Part shown: positions 53,162-64,000 of the stretch, in pieces | Layout of the letters: the number at the start of each line of letters is the position of its first letter | How positions within the stretch are numbered: the stretch's first letter is position 1 | NCBI GenBank assembly: GCA_000002445.1 | Contig: CP000067.1 | Span: 864,001 to 928,000 of the forward strand | DNA from: Trypanosoma brucei | Lineage: Eukaryota | DNA: 64,000 nucleotides | Reading direction: 5' to 3' | Translations under genes and position numbers: made by a program | The notes under the pieces: generated by a model | Databases searched by the model: none | What the model was told of the DNA's origin: nothing | What the model saw: the letters and a program-made list of their open reading frames with translations, nothing else

Positions 53162-53842
53162 CTAGATTTTATTCCAGGCCACAATGTCCATTGACTGTAC
53201 GGCATCTCCGAAAGACATGATCATCTCCTCCAGGTCATCTCCAGACACCTTATCGTCCTCAATGACAACCAACTGTTGCAGCTTCTTAACTCCGAACGCA
53301 ATGGGTACCAGTTTGTGGTCACCCCACAGTAGACCGTCTCTCTTAATTGCATGGAGTTCCGTGGCAAGCTTTTGCAAATCCACTGTATCATCCCACGGCT
53401 TGATGTCAAACAGGATTGATGACTTTGCAATGATAACCTTCTTTGTGCTCTTGGCTGCGGCATCCTTCTTCTTCTTCGCCTCCAGGGCTGCAAGCTCCTC
53501 CTCCGTGGTCTCACCGAAGAGATCGATGTCATCGTCGTCGGCCTCAGCAGCCTTCTTTGCTGGGGTAGCAGCGGGAGCAGCAGCGGGGGCAGCAGCGGGG
53601 GCAGCGACAGGAGCGGCAACAGGGGGCGTGATCTTCACGGGGGCACCCCAGGCAGTGCGCTCGGCCTCGGTAAAAGAGGCGATATTCTTCACCCAGCGGA
53701 ATACATTCGTATTGTCTCCACCGAGCAGATCGTTGAATGCCTTTACATCCTCCTCGGAGGGCTTCACGCCACCCAAAAATAGTTTCCCCTTAAGCTTCTC
53801 CTCCAGCTTCCCGCTCTTCACATTGACGTCCTTGATCGACAT
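53162..53842 (-). CDS. EF1B: EF-1beta, copy 2 (one conservative difference R/K in the Ala/Pro-rich linker)
   Basis: Identical to copy 1 except 'ATPARKAAE' versus 'ATPAKKAAE'. Lies 2057 bp (one repeat period) upstream. Confidence 0.85.
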   Translation of the reverse strand: MSIKDVNVKSGKLEEKLKGKLFLGGVKPSEEDVKAFNDLLGGDNTNVFRWVKNIASFTEAERTAWGAPVKITPPVAAPVAAPAAAPAAAPAATPAKKAAEADDDDIDLFGETTEEELAALEAKKKKDAAAKSTKKVIIAKSSILFDIKPWDDTVDLQKLATELHAIKRDGLLWGDHKLVPIAFGVKKLQQLVVIEDDKVSGDDLEEMIMSFGDAVQSMDIVAWNKI

Positions 53843-54632
53843 GTCCTTCCCGCTTCGATTACACACAAATGAGCACTTGTTGTGGCATTTCACAATAGAA
53901 AAAAAAGCAAAGGGTATGAAAACGGGAGAATACATATGATCACACATCCGAAAGGCAGAAAGGGGAAAAAAAAGAAGGAAAGGGAAAGGACCTGAACTCC
54001 GGGCAGTACTTGTACGTGCGCACTAGACATTGGCAGGTGCATCGACAGGGAAGGCATCCAACGTACGAAGGACAAGCTTTGTTTGCTCCAATAGCGCCGC
54101 AACAGCTGCACGCAACGCCCGCTCCTGCGTGGCACATAGCCTAGCAAACACCGTCGATCGCGCACTATCATCAGCCCATAGCTGAACCTCTCTCGATGTG
54201 CCAGGGACAGGTGGTTCTACGCGCAATACCTGCAACATGATGGATGCCACCTCAGGGTTCGGAAGGGGGAGCCGCAGCACACACTGCAGCAAATCGTGGT
54301 CCCCACCCCCTGCATCGGGATCCATACGCCTCATCAGCTTGCGAGTCACACTGATGACAAACAGGTAACCAACTACACCTTACGTCACCTCCAGCCCAAA
54401 GACACAACAGAGAAGGGAGAAGGTTGGCTGCAGGGAACCACTCATGGCCACTTTCGAGGGGAGTGATACGGTGGGTAACAGGAAGAGGCTCACACCAAAA
54501 AGTGGGGCAAAAGGCACCAAAAACATGGGGGCAACCGCAGTTCCCCCCTTCGTATAAACCGCAACCTGGGGCAACCAAGGAAAAGACCCTGCAGATCCTC
54601 AGCAAGAGCCAAAATACTGAAAGCGGGCGCGG

Positions 54633-55262
54633 AGAACAACGTCAATATCAAGCCTTTCACATGTTTCCTTAACGATGTCTTCCCCAAACGTGTAGCTGAC
54701 ACCGCGCTCACTCTCCATCCAACCACTTCCCGCCTCCTCGGGATCAGCCCAGAGCAGATCACACGCAAGTCCGGTGTCAGGAACGATAAGTGGGCGCTCG
54801 ATCCTCTCAATCTGTCGTAAGTTGCGTAGGTCCGGGCTCAGACCACCGTGCATGCAGAGTGCAATGTCATCAATGAGCGCAGCAATCGGCAAACAATTGA
54901 ACACATCAGTGAACTCCTTGAATAGTTTCACTGAAAAACGCCGCTTCACCTCATCAAAGAAACCGTATATCCTGCAGATGCTGTCGGATTCATGATTGCC
55001 ACGAAGAACACACATGCCGTCAGGGTACAGGATCTTCAATCCCAGAAGCACAACAATCACCTCCGTCCCATGCTTCCCACGATCTACGTAATCGCCTAAA
55101 AACAGGTAGTTCGTTGCGGGAGGCATCCCACCGGCACGGAATATCTCTACAAGATCACCAATTTGGCCATGAATGTCTCCACAGACGTTGATCGGAGCCT
55201 GCAGTCGAACCAGCATGGGTTGGGCCATGAGGATGGGCCGAACAAGTCGGAGAACGGTGCTG
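54633..55262 (-). pseudogene. internally derived fragment of the PP1-like phosphatase gene (corresponds to about 49746..50374), lacking N-terminal about 60 aa and C-terminal about 55 aa
   Basis: About 630 bp near-identical to the middle of gene 49574..50554. 3' end fused to the EF-1beta unit at a shared 'GCGCGG' hexamer (54627-54632 versus 49740-49745). 5' homology ends about 55262. The retained ORF ends '...[13 protein letters not shown]', missing the 'SAPNYC' region. Confidence 0.6.
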
Positions 55263-57727
55263 ATCGTGAGGTCTCCTCTCTAGGAGGTATGGAAATGCTG
55301 TCGCAAACGCACGCGCAGAGGGGACCGAAAAAAAAAAAAGTGAACTTTGTAAAACTTCACCAATGAAATAATAATTTCGTGTGCTCGCCGTAGAAACGGG
55401 CAAACTTTATCCTCTCATACGCGTCATTGCATCATCTTATTACCTTGCATGGTATGTGTGACGGAGCAAGGCTTCGTCGTGCTGTTTCGCCACCAGTGAC
55501 TTAAAGGAGAATACCAGAGGACGAAAACAAAGAAAAGCACAGGAAATTTAGAGAAAACACGTGCTATCTGCATCAGTTATGAAAAAAACGCTGCTTTCCA
55601 GCCAGTTAACACACAAATAATTGTCGCAAAACGCGGACAACCACCAACCTAAATGATTAAGTATAAAAACTTGCGTGCGTGTGCATGCGCATGTATGCGT
55701 TAAATATATGACAACAGGGGCATAAACGTATATGATATTTAACATCGACGTGTTACGCGGTGCCATACGAGGGGGAGAACTGTGCGCGTTGAAGACAATA
55801 TTGAGGAACTCATCGCGCAGAGATGCGAGAAGAAAAAAAAAAAGCAAAACACAAACAACGTAAACTGGACCCTTTTTGTTCCGTTTTCCACCATCTCGTT
55901 ATTTCCCTCCATTTCTTCCCGCAAACAAACTGGACACAAATCAAATTGCTGATGGGCAGTCTCGTCAGGTTTGGTGTGCGGTGTGACGCACAAGAAGTAA
56001 AAACACAAATATCACTTAACACCGTCTTCCTTTCCCTTTCATACTCCCTCGTCATATCTTTCTCAGGTCCTTCCTTCACATTTTCCTCTCCGCATTGCTT
56101 CGTTTCACCTCACCTCGATCACCACTCGCCTCGTCAGCCCCTTTTTTTGTCGCTTCATGTCTCTCCTACACGCACACACACGCAGACACACGTTGGGCCT
56201 GCTCTCCACGCCCTTCTTATATATATATATGAACTCTTCACTCATTCATACCACTTATTCTCCGTACTCTCAAACTTTTTCGTTCCTTTTCCATTTCGAT
56301 TACAACTTACCCCCGCCCGTCGCGCACTCGCAACAGAAGTGGGAAGGAAGAAAAGAATCGACCGATGGCAAAAAGCAGAAAAAAAGAGGGCACCCACTGG
56401 ATGGCGCTGTACAATTAGAGTGAGACAAAAACAAAAACAAGACGAATTATAAAACAGGAATAGCGCTAGAATGAGAAGAATTAAACCTAGAAGAAAAGAA
56501 CACAAAGATAATAAGAAGAGGGGCAAAGGAGGAGAAGAGAGATTTAAAAGAAGGAAAACAAAAAAAAAAGGAAAATGAATGGCTGAAGAATTACCGCCAT
56601 CGCTGCCAGCACTGCCGGTGTCCTTTTTGTGCTGATGGTGGTATTTCTTGCTTCCTTTCTATTACTTCCCTTCCTACCCTTGCCGTTGTGTTTCGGCACG
56701 CCATCCATCACACATCCCTCCGCCCCAACTTCTTTTTCCACGGACACCACTCCTTCCCCTCCCCCCGGCAACCCCGCCAAGTCACAAGACTTCACACACT
56801 GTTATCTGAATGCCCCACAACTCAGACATATGAGTATGTTGTCGGCACACAGCAGTGGTAACGGAGGGTGTGAGTGAGGAGGTCATGGAGGTGAAGGAAA
56901 AATAATTGACCAACTCTACAACGCAACCGTACCCATTATCCCTATACCCACACCGAAAAAAAAAAACGAAAAGGAAAAATTGTAGAGAAACAGGAAGAAC
57001 ATCCATCCCACACACCAATAACATTATAATCCGTTTCACCATTATATGCCCTCACTCTCTCACCTATTCTCGCCGTATTTATACTGGCACCATTTGTCCT
57101 CTCCCTATTCAACTTTCATTTTCATGCATATCATCCCCCACTCTTCACCGGTGCAGTAAACATCAGGAAGAGGTTGGGGAAAGAAAAGCATTGCTCAGGC
57201 GTAACGATATCATAACATGAAAGCAAAAATGGAGAAAACAAGGTGCTACTGCCAATAATGAACATAACAACATATAACTTCACGGAGATACGAAAATGGA
57301 AACTTTAAGAAAAAATGATAAAAACAAACGAATGATGATGGTGGAAATCACTGACACCCATATCAGCACTGTTTGAAGCGGAGGAGGGATAAAAAACATG
57401 TGACATACCGTAACATGTGCAGACGAGTAAAAGGTAGTATAAAGAAAAGTTATGCCCCCGAAGGCAAACAAGAGGGCAACGAACGAAGTAGAGGTGGCTA
57501 CCAATGAGCAAAGCTCAGGGCAACAGAAACTTCTGATAACTAAAAAAAATATTTAAATGGCGTCACCTCCTGTACAACAAGGCCGCTGCAGAGCGTTTGG
57601 CCGATTGCTCTCCTTCCCCATACCCTTGCCCAACAACTCTCCCGCAGTGCATTCAACCATTGCAGACAAACAAAACAACATATCCCATTACTAAATATAC
57701 ACTCACTACGCAACGACTACTTGGCAA

Positions 57728-58612
57728 TCAGCGAGCAGGTATAATGAGAAAGGAACATTGTAACTTCTCGTCAACATTCATGACGGCTGCATCATTGTCA
57801 AATTCACCACAGTAGTTCGGCGCAGAGAAGATGGTCACCAACTGGCGGTTTGCGAAGAAGCCGTAACCACGCTCCATCACTTGGTGAGCACGCACAACAA
57901 GGTCCATATCCACCATATCAAGGAAGTCAGTTACAATGTCTTCCCCAAACAGGTAACTCACACCGCGGTCACTCTCCAGGAAACCCTTTACTTCATCCTC
58001 GGGATCTGCCCACAGCAAGTCACAGAGAATACCTTTGTCAGGCACATCCAGCGGGCGTTCTATTTCATTCACAGAGGCCAATGAAGTCATGTCCGGACTC
58101 AGCCCACCATGCATGCAGATGATTTTCTCGCTCACAACACAGCATACAGGCATAGTGTTAAATACATCTGTGAATGCTTTAAACAGTTTGATGTTATAAC
58201 GTCGCTTTACGTCATCGAAGAAACCGTACATTTTGTTTATGCTCGCACATTCATGATTACCGCGAAGGAGAAAGAAATTCTCCGGATACACAATTTTATA
58301 ACAAAAAAGCAAAGTGATTGTCTCTACGCTGTGTCGGCCACGGTCAACATAGTCACCTAGAAACAGGTAATTTGAATACGGTGGAAATCCACACTTCTCA
58401 AATACGCGCAGCAAGTCGTAGTATTGGCCATGGATATCCCCACAAATCCTCACTGGTGGCGTGATCTCTAGAAGCATGGGCTGTGACATGAATACGTCAC
58501 GAACGGTATTGAGAATTGTCCGTATGTCCTCCTCGCGAATGAGAATTTGCTGTTGCGTTGCACTGCCCTTGGCGCTGAGCATCCGCTCCAGCAGTGTCTG
58601 TACTAGGGTCAT
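57728..58612 (-). CDS. PP1: protein phosphatase 1 catalytic subunit, array copy a, 294 aa
   Basis: '[17 protein letters not shown]', '[10 protein letters not shown]', '[25 protein letters not shown]', 'MHGGLSPD', 'DLLWADP', 'RAHQV', '[12 protein letters not shown]': canonical PP1. C-terminus '...CSFLIIPAR' differs from copies b and c. Confidence 0.9.
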   Translation of the reverse strand: MTLVQTLLERMLSAKGSATQQQILIREEDIRTILNTVRDVFMSQPMLLEITPPVRICGDIHGQYYDLLRVFEKCGFPPYSNYLFLGDYVDRGRHSVETITLLFCYKIVYPENFFLLRGNHECASINKMYGFFDDVKRRYNIKLFKAFTDVFNTMPVCCVVSEKIICMHGGLSPDMTSLASVNEIERPLDVPDKGILCDLLWADPEDEVKGFLESDRGVSYLFGEDIVTDFLDMVDMDLVVRAHQVMERGYGFFANRQLVTIFSAPNYCGEFDNDAAVMNVDEKLQCSFLIIPAR

Positions 58613-58780
58613 CCTTACGGGCTGGGTTGTCGGGCTAAACTACGCACGTCGATCGGATGCACACTCACACGAGTGCTACTCCTCCCCCGCCTTGCTTTCG
58701 TGTCCCTTAGTTATCGCTCTTGTCTGACGACTTCGATGCTACCTACACACTTGCTAGTAAGCCAGTAACACCTAATTACT

Positions 58781-58820
58781 AAACGAAAGCAAAGAAAGAT
58801 GGAAGGAAAGGGAAAAAGTA
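58781..58820 (-). promoter_or_regulatory. polypyrimidine tract upstream of PP1 copy a (repeated in each array unit at +1921 bp)
   Basis: +strand 'aaacgaaagcaaagaaagatggaaggaaagggaaaaagta'. Confidence 0.45.
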
Positions 58821-59648
58821 ATTAGAGCGGTGCGGTTTCGCGGTTACAGCAAACATGCCAAGAACCTACGGGGCGTCCCTGCGCAACGGAAGGAACCTCA
58901 AACAGGGGAAGCCCAACAGCAACAGCCAGGGTGACGACTTTTACGTATTCACAACATTGTTCCCGCCTAGACAGCTGTGCCACTGAGTGCAATGACGAGA
59001 GAGCAAAGCTACAGGGGTGAAAATATAAACATGCATAAAAGGGGGGATAGAATATTAGAATATTTATCTGAAACGGTGGCAGGGTGGACAAATCTCAAGC
59101 AGCAAACCCAACCCAAATTTCAAGCCACAGTCCATTTCAGGGTGATGGGTGTACATGAACTCTTTAACATGAGATTACGACAATTCCTCAGACAGCGTAT
59201 TTGTTTCCACTCCTTCATTTTCTCCTCTGAACGCATATGTGGAAATATAAGCCATGACAAAGCACGCTTTTCTTAACGTCAGCCCTCATTACCAGAAAAC
59301 GGAAACACACATGAACATATCTGCAAATGATGGGAGAGTAGATGGGCGGGGGGAACGAATGGTTGAAGGAGCGAATGTATCATCACCGCCGCAAAAAAAC
59401 AAAAAAAAGACAGCGAAAAGTTGCAATTCAACGAGAGCGGGTGTGGAAAAAATGACCCATCCGGGCCTATTGACTGGGAGGTTTAACCTGATAAAGGACC
59501 CTACCCATGCTGCCATTAACTTAAACTCACTTCGTATAACAAACGATTTCTTCGCATTTCATCACGTCACACGCACTATCAAGACCATTCCGTGATTCAC
59601 ACATTGTCGCAGATACAAAAACGTCAGTACCCGACTCCCCGGCCCACA

Positions 59649-60533
59649 TTAGCGAGCTGCAATGATAGCAAAAGAACATTGTAACTTCTCGTCGACATTC
59701 ATGACGGCTGCATCATTGTCAAATTCACCACAATAGTTCGGCGCAGAGAAGATGGTCACCAACTGGCGGTTTGCGAAGAAGCCGTAACCACGCTCCATCA
59801 CTTGGTGAGCACGCACAACAAGGTCCATATCCACCATATCAAGGAAGTCAGTTACAATGTCTTCCCCAAACAGGTAACTCACACCGCGGTCACTCTCCAG
59901 GAAACCTTTTACTTCCTCCTCAGGATCTGCCCACAGCAAGTCACAGAGAATACCTTTGTCAGGCACATCCAGCGGGCGTTCTATTTCGCTTACGCAAGCC
60001 AACGAAGTCATGTCCGGACTCAGCCCACCATGCATGCAGATGATTTTCTCACCTACAACACAGCATACAGGCATAGTGTTAAATACATCTGTGAATGCTT
60101 TAAACAGTTTGGCGTTATAACGTCGCTTTACGTCATCGAAGAAACCGTACATTTTGTTTATGCTCGCACATTCATGATTACCGCGAAGGAGAAAGAAATT
60201 CTCCGGATACACAATTTTATAACAAAAAAGCAAAGTGATTGTCTCTACGCTGTGTCGGCCACGGTCAACATAGTCACCTAGAAACAGGTAATTTGAATAC
60301 GGTGGAAATCCACACTTCTCAAATACGCGCAGCAAGTCGTAGTATTGGCCATGGATATCCCCACAAATCCTCACTGGTGGCGTGATATCTAGCACAACCG
60401 GCTGTGACATGAATACGTCACGAACGGCATTGAGAATTGTCCGTATGTCCTCCTCGCGAATGAGAATTTGCCTTTGAGCCGTGTTTCCCTTGGCGCTGAG
60501 CATCCGCTCCAGCAGTGTCTGTACTAGGGTCAT
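59649..60533 (-). CDS. PP1: protein phosphatase 1 catalytic subunit, array copy b, 294 aa
   Basis: Same PP1 motifs. Differs from copy a at 'KGNTAQRQ', 'NAV', 'PVVLDI', 'RRYNAKLF', 'VVGEK', 'SLACVSE', 'PEEEV', 'CSFAIIAAR'. Confidence 0.9.
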   Translation of the reverse strand: MTLVQTLLERMLSAKGNTAQRQILIREEDIRTILNAVRDVFMSQPVVLDITPPVRICGDIHGQYYDLLRVFEKCGFPPYSNYLFLGDYVDRGRHSVETITLLFCYKIVYPENFFLLRGNHECASINKMYGFFDDVKRRYNAKLFKAFTDVFNTMPVCCVVGEKIICMHGGLSPDMTSLACVSEIERPLDVPDKGILCDLLWADPEEEVKGFLESDRGVSYLFGEDIVTDFLDMVDMDLVVRAHQVMERGYGFFANRQLVTIFSAPNYCGEFDNDAAVMNVDEKLQCSFAIIAAR

Positions 60534-61569
60534 CCTTACGGGCTGGGTTGTCGGGCTAAACTACGCACGTCGATCGGATGCACACTCACACGAGTGCTAC
60601 TCCTCCCCCGCCTTGCTTTCGTGTCCCTTAGTTATCGCTCTTGTCTGACGACTTCGATGCTACCTACACACTTGCTAGTAAGCCAGTAACACCTAATTAC
60701 TAAACGAAAGCAAAGAAAGATGGAAGGAAAGGGAAAAAGTAATTAGAGCGGTGCGGTTTCGCGGTTACAGCAAACATGCCAAGAACCTACGGGGCGTCCC
60801 TGCGCAACGGAAGGAACCTCAAACAGGGGAAGCCCAACAGCAACAGCCAGGGTGACGACTTTTACGTATTCACAACATTGTTCCCGCCTAGACAGCTGTG
60901 CCACTGAGTGCAATGACGAGAGAGCAAAGCTACAGGGGTGAAAATATAAACATGCATAAAAGGGGGGATAGAATATTAGAATATTTATCTGAAACGGTGG
61001 CAGGGTGGACAAATCTCAAGCAGCAAACCCAACCCAAATTTCAAGCCACAGTCCATTTCAGGGTGATGGGTGTACATGAACTCTTTAACATGAGATTACG
61101 ACAATTCCTCAGACAGCGTATTTGTTTCCACTCCTTCATTTTCTCCTCTGAACGCATATGTGGAAATATAAGCCATGACAAAGCACGCTTTTTTTAACGT
61201 CAGCCCTCATTACCAGAAAACGGAAACACACATGAACATATCTGCAAATGATGGGAGAGTAGATGGGCGGGGGGAACGAATGGTTGAAGGAGCGAATGTA
61301 TCATCACCGCCGCAAAAAAACAAAAAAAAGACAGCGAAAAGTTGCAATTCAACGAGAGCGGGTGTGGAAAAAATGACCCATCCGGGCCTATTGACTGGGA
61401 GGTTTAACCTGATAAAGGACCCTACCCATGCTGCCATTAACTTAAACTCACTTCGTATAACAAACGATTTCTTCGCATTTCATCACGTCACACGCACTAT
61501 CAAGACCATTCCGTGATTCACACATTGTCGCAGATACAAAAACGTCAGTACCCGACTCCCCGGCCCACA

Positions 61570-62454
61570 TTAGCGAGCTGCAATGATAGCAAAAGAACAT
61601 TGTAACTTCTCGTCGACATTCATGACGGCTGCATCATTGTCAAATTCACCACAATAGTTCGGCGCAGAGAAGATGGTCACCAACTGGCGGTTTGCGAAGA
61701 AGCCGTAACCACGCTCCATCACTTGGTGAGCACGCACAACAAGGTCCATATCCACCATATCAAGGAAGTCAGTTACAATGTCTTCCCCAAACAGGTAACT
61801 CACACCGCGGTCACTCTCCAGGAAACCCTTTACTTCCTCCTCAGGATCTGCCCACAGCAAGTCACAGAGAATACCTTTGTCAGGCACATCCAGCGGGCGT
61901 TCTATTTCATTCACGGCAGCCAACGAAGTCATGTCCGGACTCAGCCCACCATGCATGCAGATGATTTTCTCACCTACAACACAGCATACAGGCATAGTGT
62001 TAAATACATCTGTGAATGCTTTAAACAGTTTGATGTTATAACGTCGCTTTACGTCATCGAAGAAACCGTACATTTTGTTTATGCTCGCACATTCATGATT
62101 ACCGCGAAGGAGAAAGAAATTCTCCGGATACACAATTTTATAACAAAAAAGCAAAGTGATTGTCTCTACGCTGTGTCGGCCACGGTCAACATAGTCACCT
62201 AGAAACAGGTAATTTGAATACGGTGGAAATCCACACTTCTCAAATACGCGCAGCAAGTCGTAGTATTGGCCATGGATATCCCCACAAATCCTCACTGGTG
62301 GCGTGATATCTAGCACAACCGGCTGTGACATGAATACGTCACGAACGGCATTGAGAATTGTCCGTATGTCCTCCTCGCGAATGAGAATTTGCCTTTGAGC
62401 CGTGTTTCCCTTGGCGCTGAGCATCCGCTCCAGCAGTGTCTGTACTAGGGTCAT
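61570..62454 (-). CDS. PP1: protein phosphatase 1 catalytic subunit, array copy c, 294 aa (mosaic of a and b)
   Basis: Matches copy b at most variable sites but has copy a's 'RRYNIKLF' and an intermediate 'SLAAVNE'. Confidence 0.9.
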   Translation of the reverse strand: MTLVQTLLERMLSAKGNTAQRQILIREEDIRTILNAVRDVFMSQPVVLDITPPVRICGDIHGQYYDLLRVFEKCGFPPYSNYLFLGDYVDRGRHSVETITLLFCYKIVYPENFFLLRGNHECASINKMYGFFDDVKRRYNIKLFKAFTDVFNTMPVCCVVGEKIICMHGGLSPDMTSLAAVNEIERPLDVPDKGILCDLLWADPEEEVKGFLESDRGVSYLFGEDIVTDFLDMVDMDLVVRAHQVMERGYGFFANRQLVTIFSAPNYCGEFDNDAAVMNVDEKLQCSFAIIAAR

Positions 62455-62852
62455 CCTTACGGGCTGGGTTGTCGGGCTAAACTACGCACGTCGATCGGAT
62501 GCACACTCACACGAGTGCTACTCCTCCCCCGCCTTGCTTTCGTGTCCCTTAGTTATCGCTCTTGTCTGACGACTTCGATGCTACCTACACACTTGCTAGT
62601 AAGCCAGTAACACCTAATTACTAAACGAAAGCAAAGAAAGATGGAAGGAAAGGGAAAAAGTAATTAGAGCGGTGCGGTTTCGCGGTTACAGCAAACATGC
62701 CAAGAACCTACGGGGCGTCCCTGCGCAACGGAAGGAACCTTAGAGTGATAACTTCTTTGTTGTAGCTTAACGTAAAACACAGATCAATACGCTTCGTGAA
62801 GTTAGAACCATCACTAAAAAATATAACTGCATTACCCTATTTCGGCACCTAT

Positions 62853-63362
62853 TTATACAACATCAGTTTCTTGTGCCCTCGCGAGCCAAGTTCGGGGAAC
62901 CATGACACGAACGGACCGCTGAAACGGGACACGGTCAAGTATGAACTTTCGCAGTTGCTTCAACCATGCGGAAGTGTCTCCCACACGGGGTGACGCAGTT
63001 GGTGCCTCTTCCATGAGCCCACTCGATTGAATCTCTACGGCACAACTAAAGATAATTTCCGCCCTTCGAGGTGCCACTCCCGCTGATTGCCCGGGTTGCA
63101 ATAGTCCTGAAGCAAATACCTGGCGGCGCATGGCTTCGCGCAACCGTCCGAGTTCGTCGTCCTGGACTGAAAGTTTCTCCTTTCGCCTCAGGCGGAACCG
63201 CATCTCCTCCGTGATCATATGCTGAGTTCCAACATTTAATTCTTCTAACGGGACCGCGACGTTAGCGTCGTCACCTTCACTCTCAGAAGACGAAATGTCA
63301 TCGTCCCTTATATGATTGATTTTACACGTCCCCCGCCCCCACCCCTTGACCAAGACGGACAT
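62853..63362 (-). CDS. hypothetical protein, 169 aa
   Basis: ORF in PTU orientation immediately upstream of the PP1 array. Acidic stretch 'DDDISSSESEGDDANV'. No family recognised. Confidence 0.35.
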   Translation of the reverse strand: MSVLVKGWGRGTCKINHIRDDDISSSESEGDDANVAVPLEELNVGTQHMITEEMRFRLRRKEKLSVQDDELGRLREAMRRQVFASGLLQPGQSAGVAPRRAEIIFSCAVEIQSSGLMEEAPTASPRVGDTSAWLKQLRKFILDRVPFQRSVRVMVPRTWLARAQETDVV

Positions 63363-64000
63363 TCAACTACTCACAGTTTCTAACTTCTCGAGAGAAAGAT
63401 GATAGTTGGAACATTCGAATACCGAAACGAGTGCAAGAAAACACAGGGCGTTGTAAACAGCAGTTCGTTAACTTCAAGGAATCATGGTGATGAAGGTCCC
63501 TCTAAGCAAACCTCGCAAGCTGTCACACAAACGCTGGGTCGTATCTCTGATGTTGTGACAGCGCAACTGAGCCACGTTCACACGTTTCCTCACTACAGCG
63601 GACAAGATAACATCACGATCGTATTTCCTTTCTCAAATGAGCGGAAGAATCACAACAGGTGCTGAGTGTCCGTATAGCATTCTCCAACTTAGAGATTTCT
63701 AGACCATAGCTCCTACAACGCGTGCATGACTATGGTGGCACCGCTAGTGGTAAATCTCAGCTGTGTGGCATTACTGCCAGGACGCTGGTGCCACCGACGG
63801 AAACAAAAGAAAGAGGGAGGAAGTATTCTTTAGTGTTGGGGTGATCGGATGACCAGCAAAAGACCTTACAACAACTCCGCATATTACTCCCCGCAATCCA
63901 CGCCTCCGCCGCCCTACTCAGTTGTGCCCATCCACATAAAATACCGCTCACACTAAAGCGTTTATAAAAAAACGCAATACCAAAGAGGGATTCCGCTGCA

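Larger units (their letters stand above)
50653..54632 (-). repeat. tandem duplication of the EF-1beta unit (period 2057 bp; second unit 52710..54632 truncated at the fusion to the PP1-like fragment)
   Basis: 50653..52575 matches 52710..54632 (identical ORFs 50783..51058 and 52840..53115; 51105..51890 and 53162..53947). A unique 134-bp linker 52576..52709 separates the units. Confidence 0.85.
57745..62740 (-). repeat. PP1 tandem gene array, period 1921 bp, about 2.6 units (3 CDS)
   Basis: CDS starts at 58612, 60533 and 62454 (spacing 1921). Identical intergenic ORF pairs 58822..59091 and 60743..61012, and 59254..59595 and 61175..61516. Homology ends about 62740 on the upstream side and near the stop codon of copy a on the downstream side. 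Confidence 0.85.

Noticed and set aside
53184-53939. Long plus-strand ORFs fully antisense to EF-1beta (51127..51882 and 53184..53939, 251 aa), to PP1 (57881..58084, 59802..60281 and 61723..62202) and to other genes.
   Set aside because: They are mirror-image ORFs of strongly codon-biased genes. Their translations are Ser/Ala-rich low complexity with no motifs. The sense-strand proteins have unambiguous conserved domains, and all other evidence places genes on the minus strand.
39140-62740. Tandem direct repeats considered as possible CRISPR, satellite or transposon arrays.
   Set aside because: Repeat periods are about 1.9-2.1 kb and each unit contains complete housekeeping genes (RPB6, EF-1beta, PP1). 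No short 25-40 bp repeat/spacer architecture, no cas-like genes, and this is eukaryotic DNA.
1-64000. Search for tRNA genes, a spliced-leader RNA gene, and retroelements (ingi/RIME/SLACS-like).
   Set aside because: No T-loop-like 'GGTTCGAATCC' or clover-leaf candidates were spotted. No long ORF had reverse-transcriptase or endonuclease motifs (FxDD, YxDD). Absence by eye is weak evidence, so snoRNA, tRNA and SL-RNA scans should still be run.

Overview
The window is eukaryotic nuclear DNA with the hallmarks of a kinetoplastid (Trypanosoma-like) directional gene cluster. I found no bacterial operon, CRISPR, phage or defence-system signature; the most notable content is structural variation inside three tandem gene arrays.

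General organisation:
- About 34 intronless protein-coding genes, all on the minus strand, consistent with a single polycistronic transcription unit with no strand-switch inside the window.
- Genes are separated by low-complexity spacers carrying polypyrimidine tracts on the coding strand (purine runs on the + strand) and abundant (CA)n, (TA)n, (GA)n and (AAT)n microsatellites.

Recognisable products, listed from low to high coordinate (the reverse of transcription order):
- SET/post-SET methyltransferase with TPR and a MYND-like zinc finger
- uracil phosphoribosyltransferase
- EF-hand protein
- N2227/carnosine-N-methyltransferase-like methyltransferase
- HspBP1/Fes1-like armadillo protein
- class-I myosin with WW and FYVE-like tail
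- P-loop protein with a poly-Gly run
- metallo-beta-lactamase-like plus multi-rhodanese protein
- Wee1-like kinase
- Ubc6/UBE2J-type ubiquitin E2
- RNA polymerase subunit RPB6, two copies plus a remnant, interleaved with three diverging four-TM membrane-protein paralogues
- 60S ribosomal protein L13a
- a divergent PP1-like phosphatase
- EF-1beta, two copies, plus a truncated PP1-like fragment
- a three-copy PP1 catalytic-subunit array

The tandem arrays show three kinds of structural variation:
- RPB6 / four-TM cluster: the RPB6 part is nearly identical between units while the linked four-TM gene has diverged.
- EF-1beta duplication: the second unit abuts an internally truncated paralogue fragment across a 6-bp shared junction motif.
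- PP1 array: the third copy is a mosaic of the first two.

Gene content and order resemble what I recall of Trypanosoma brucei chromosome 4. That is recollection only, unverified, and should be checked by BLAST.
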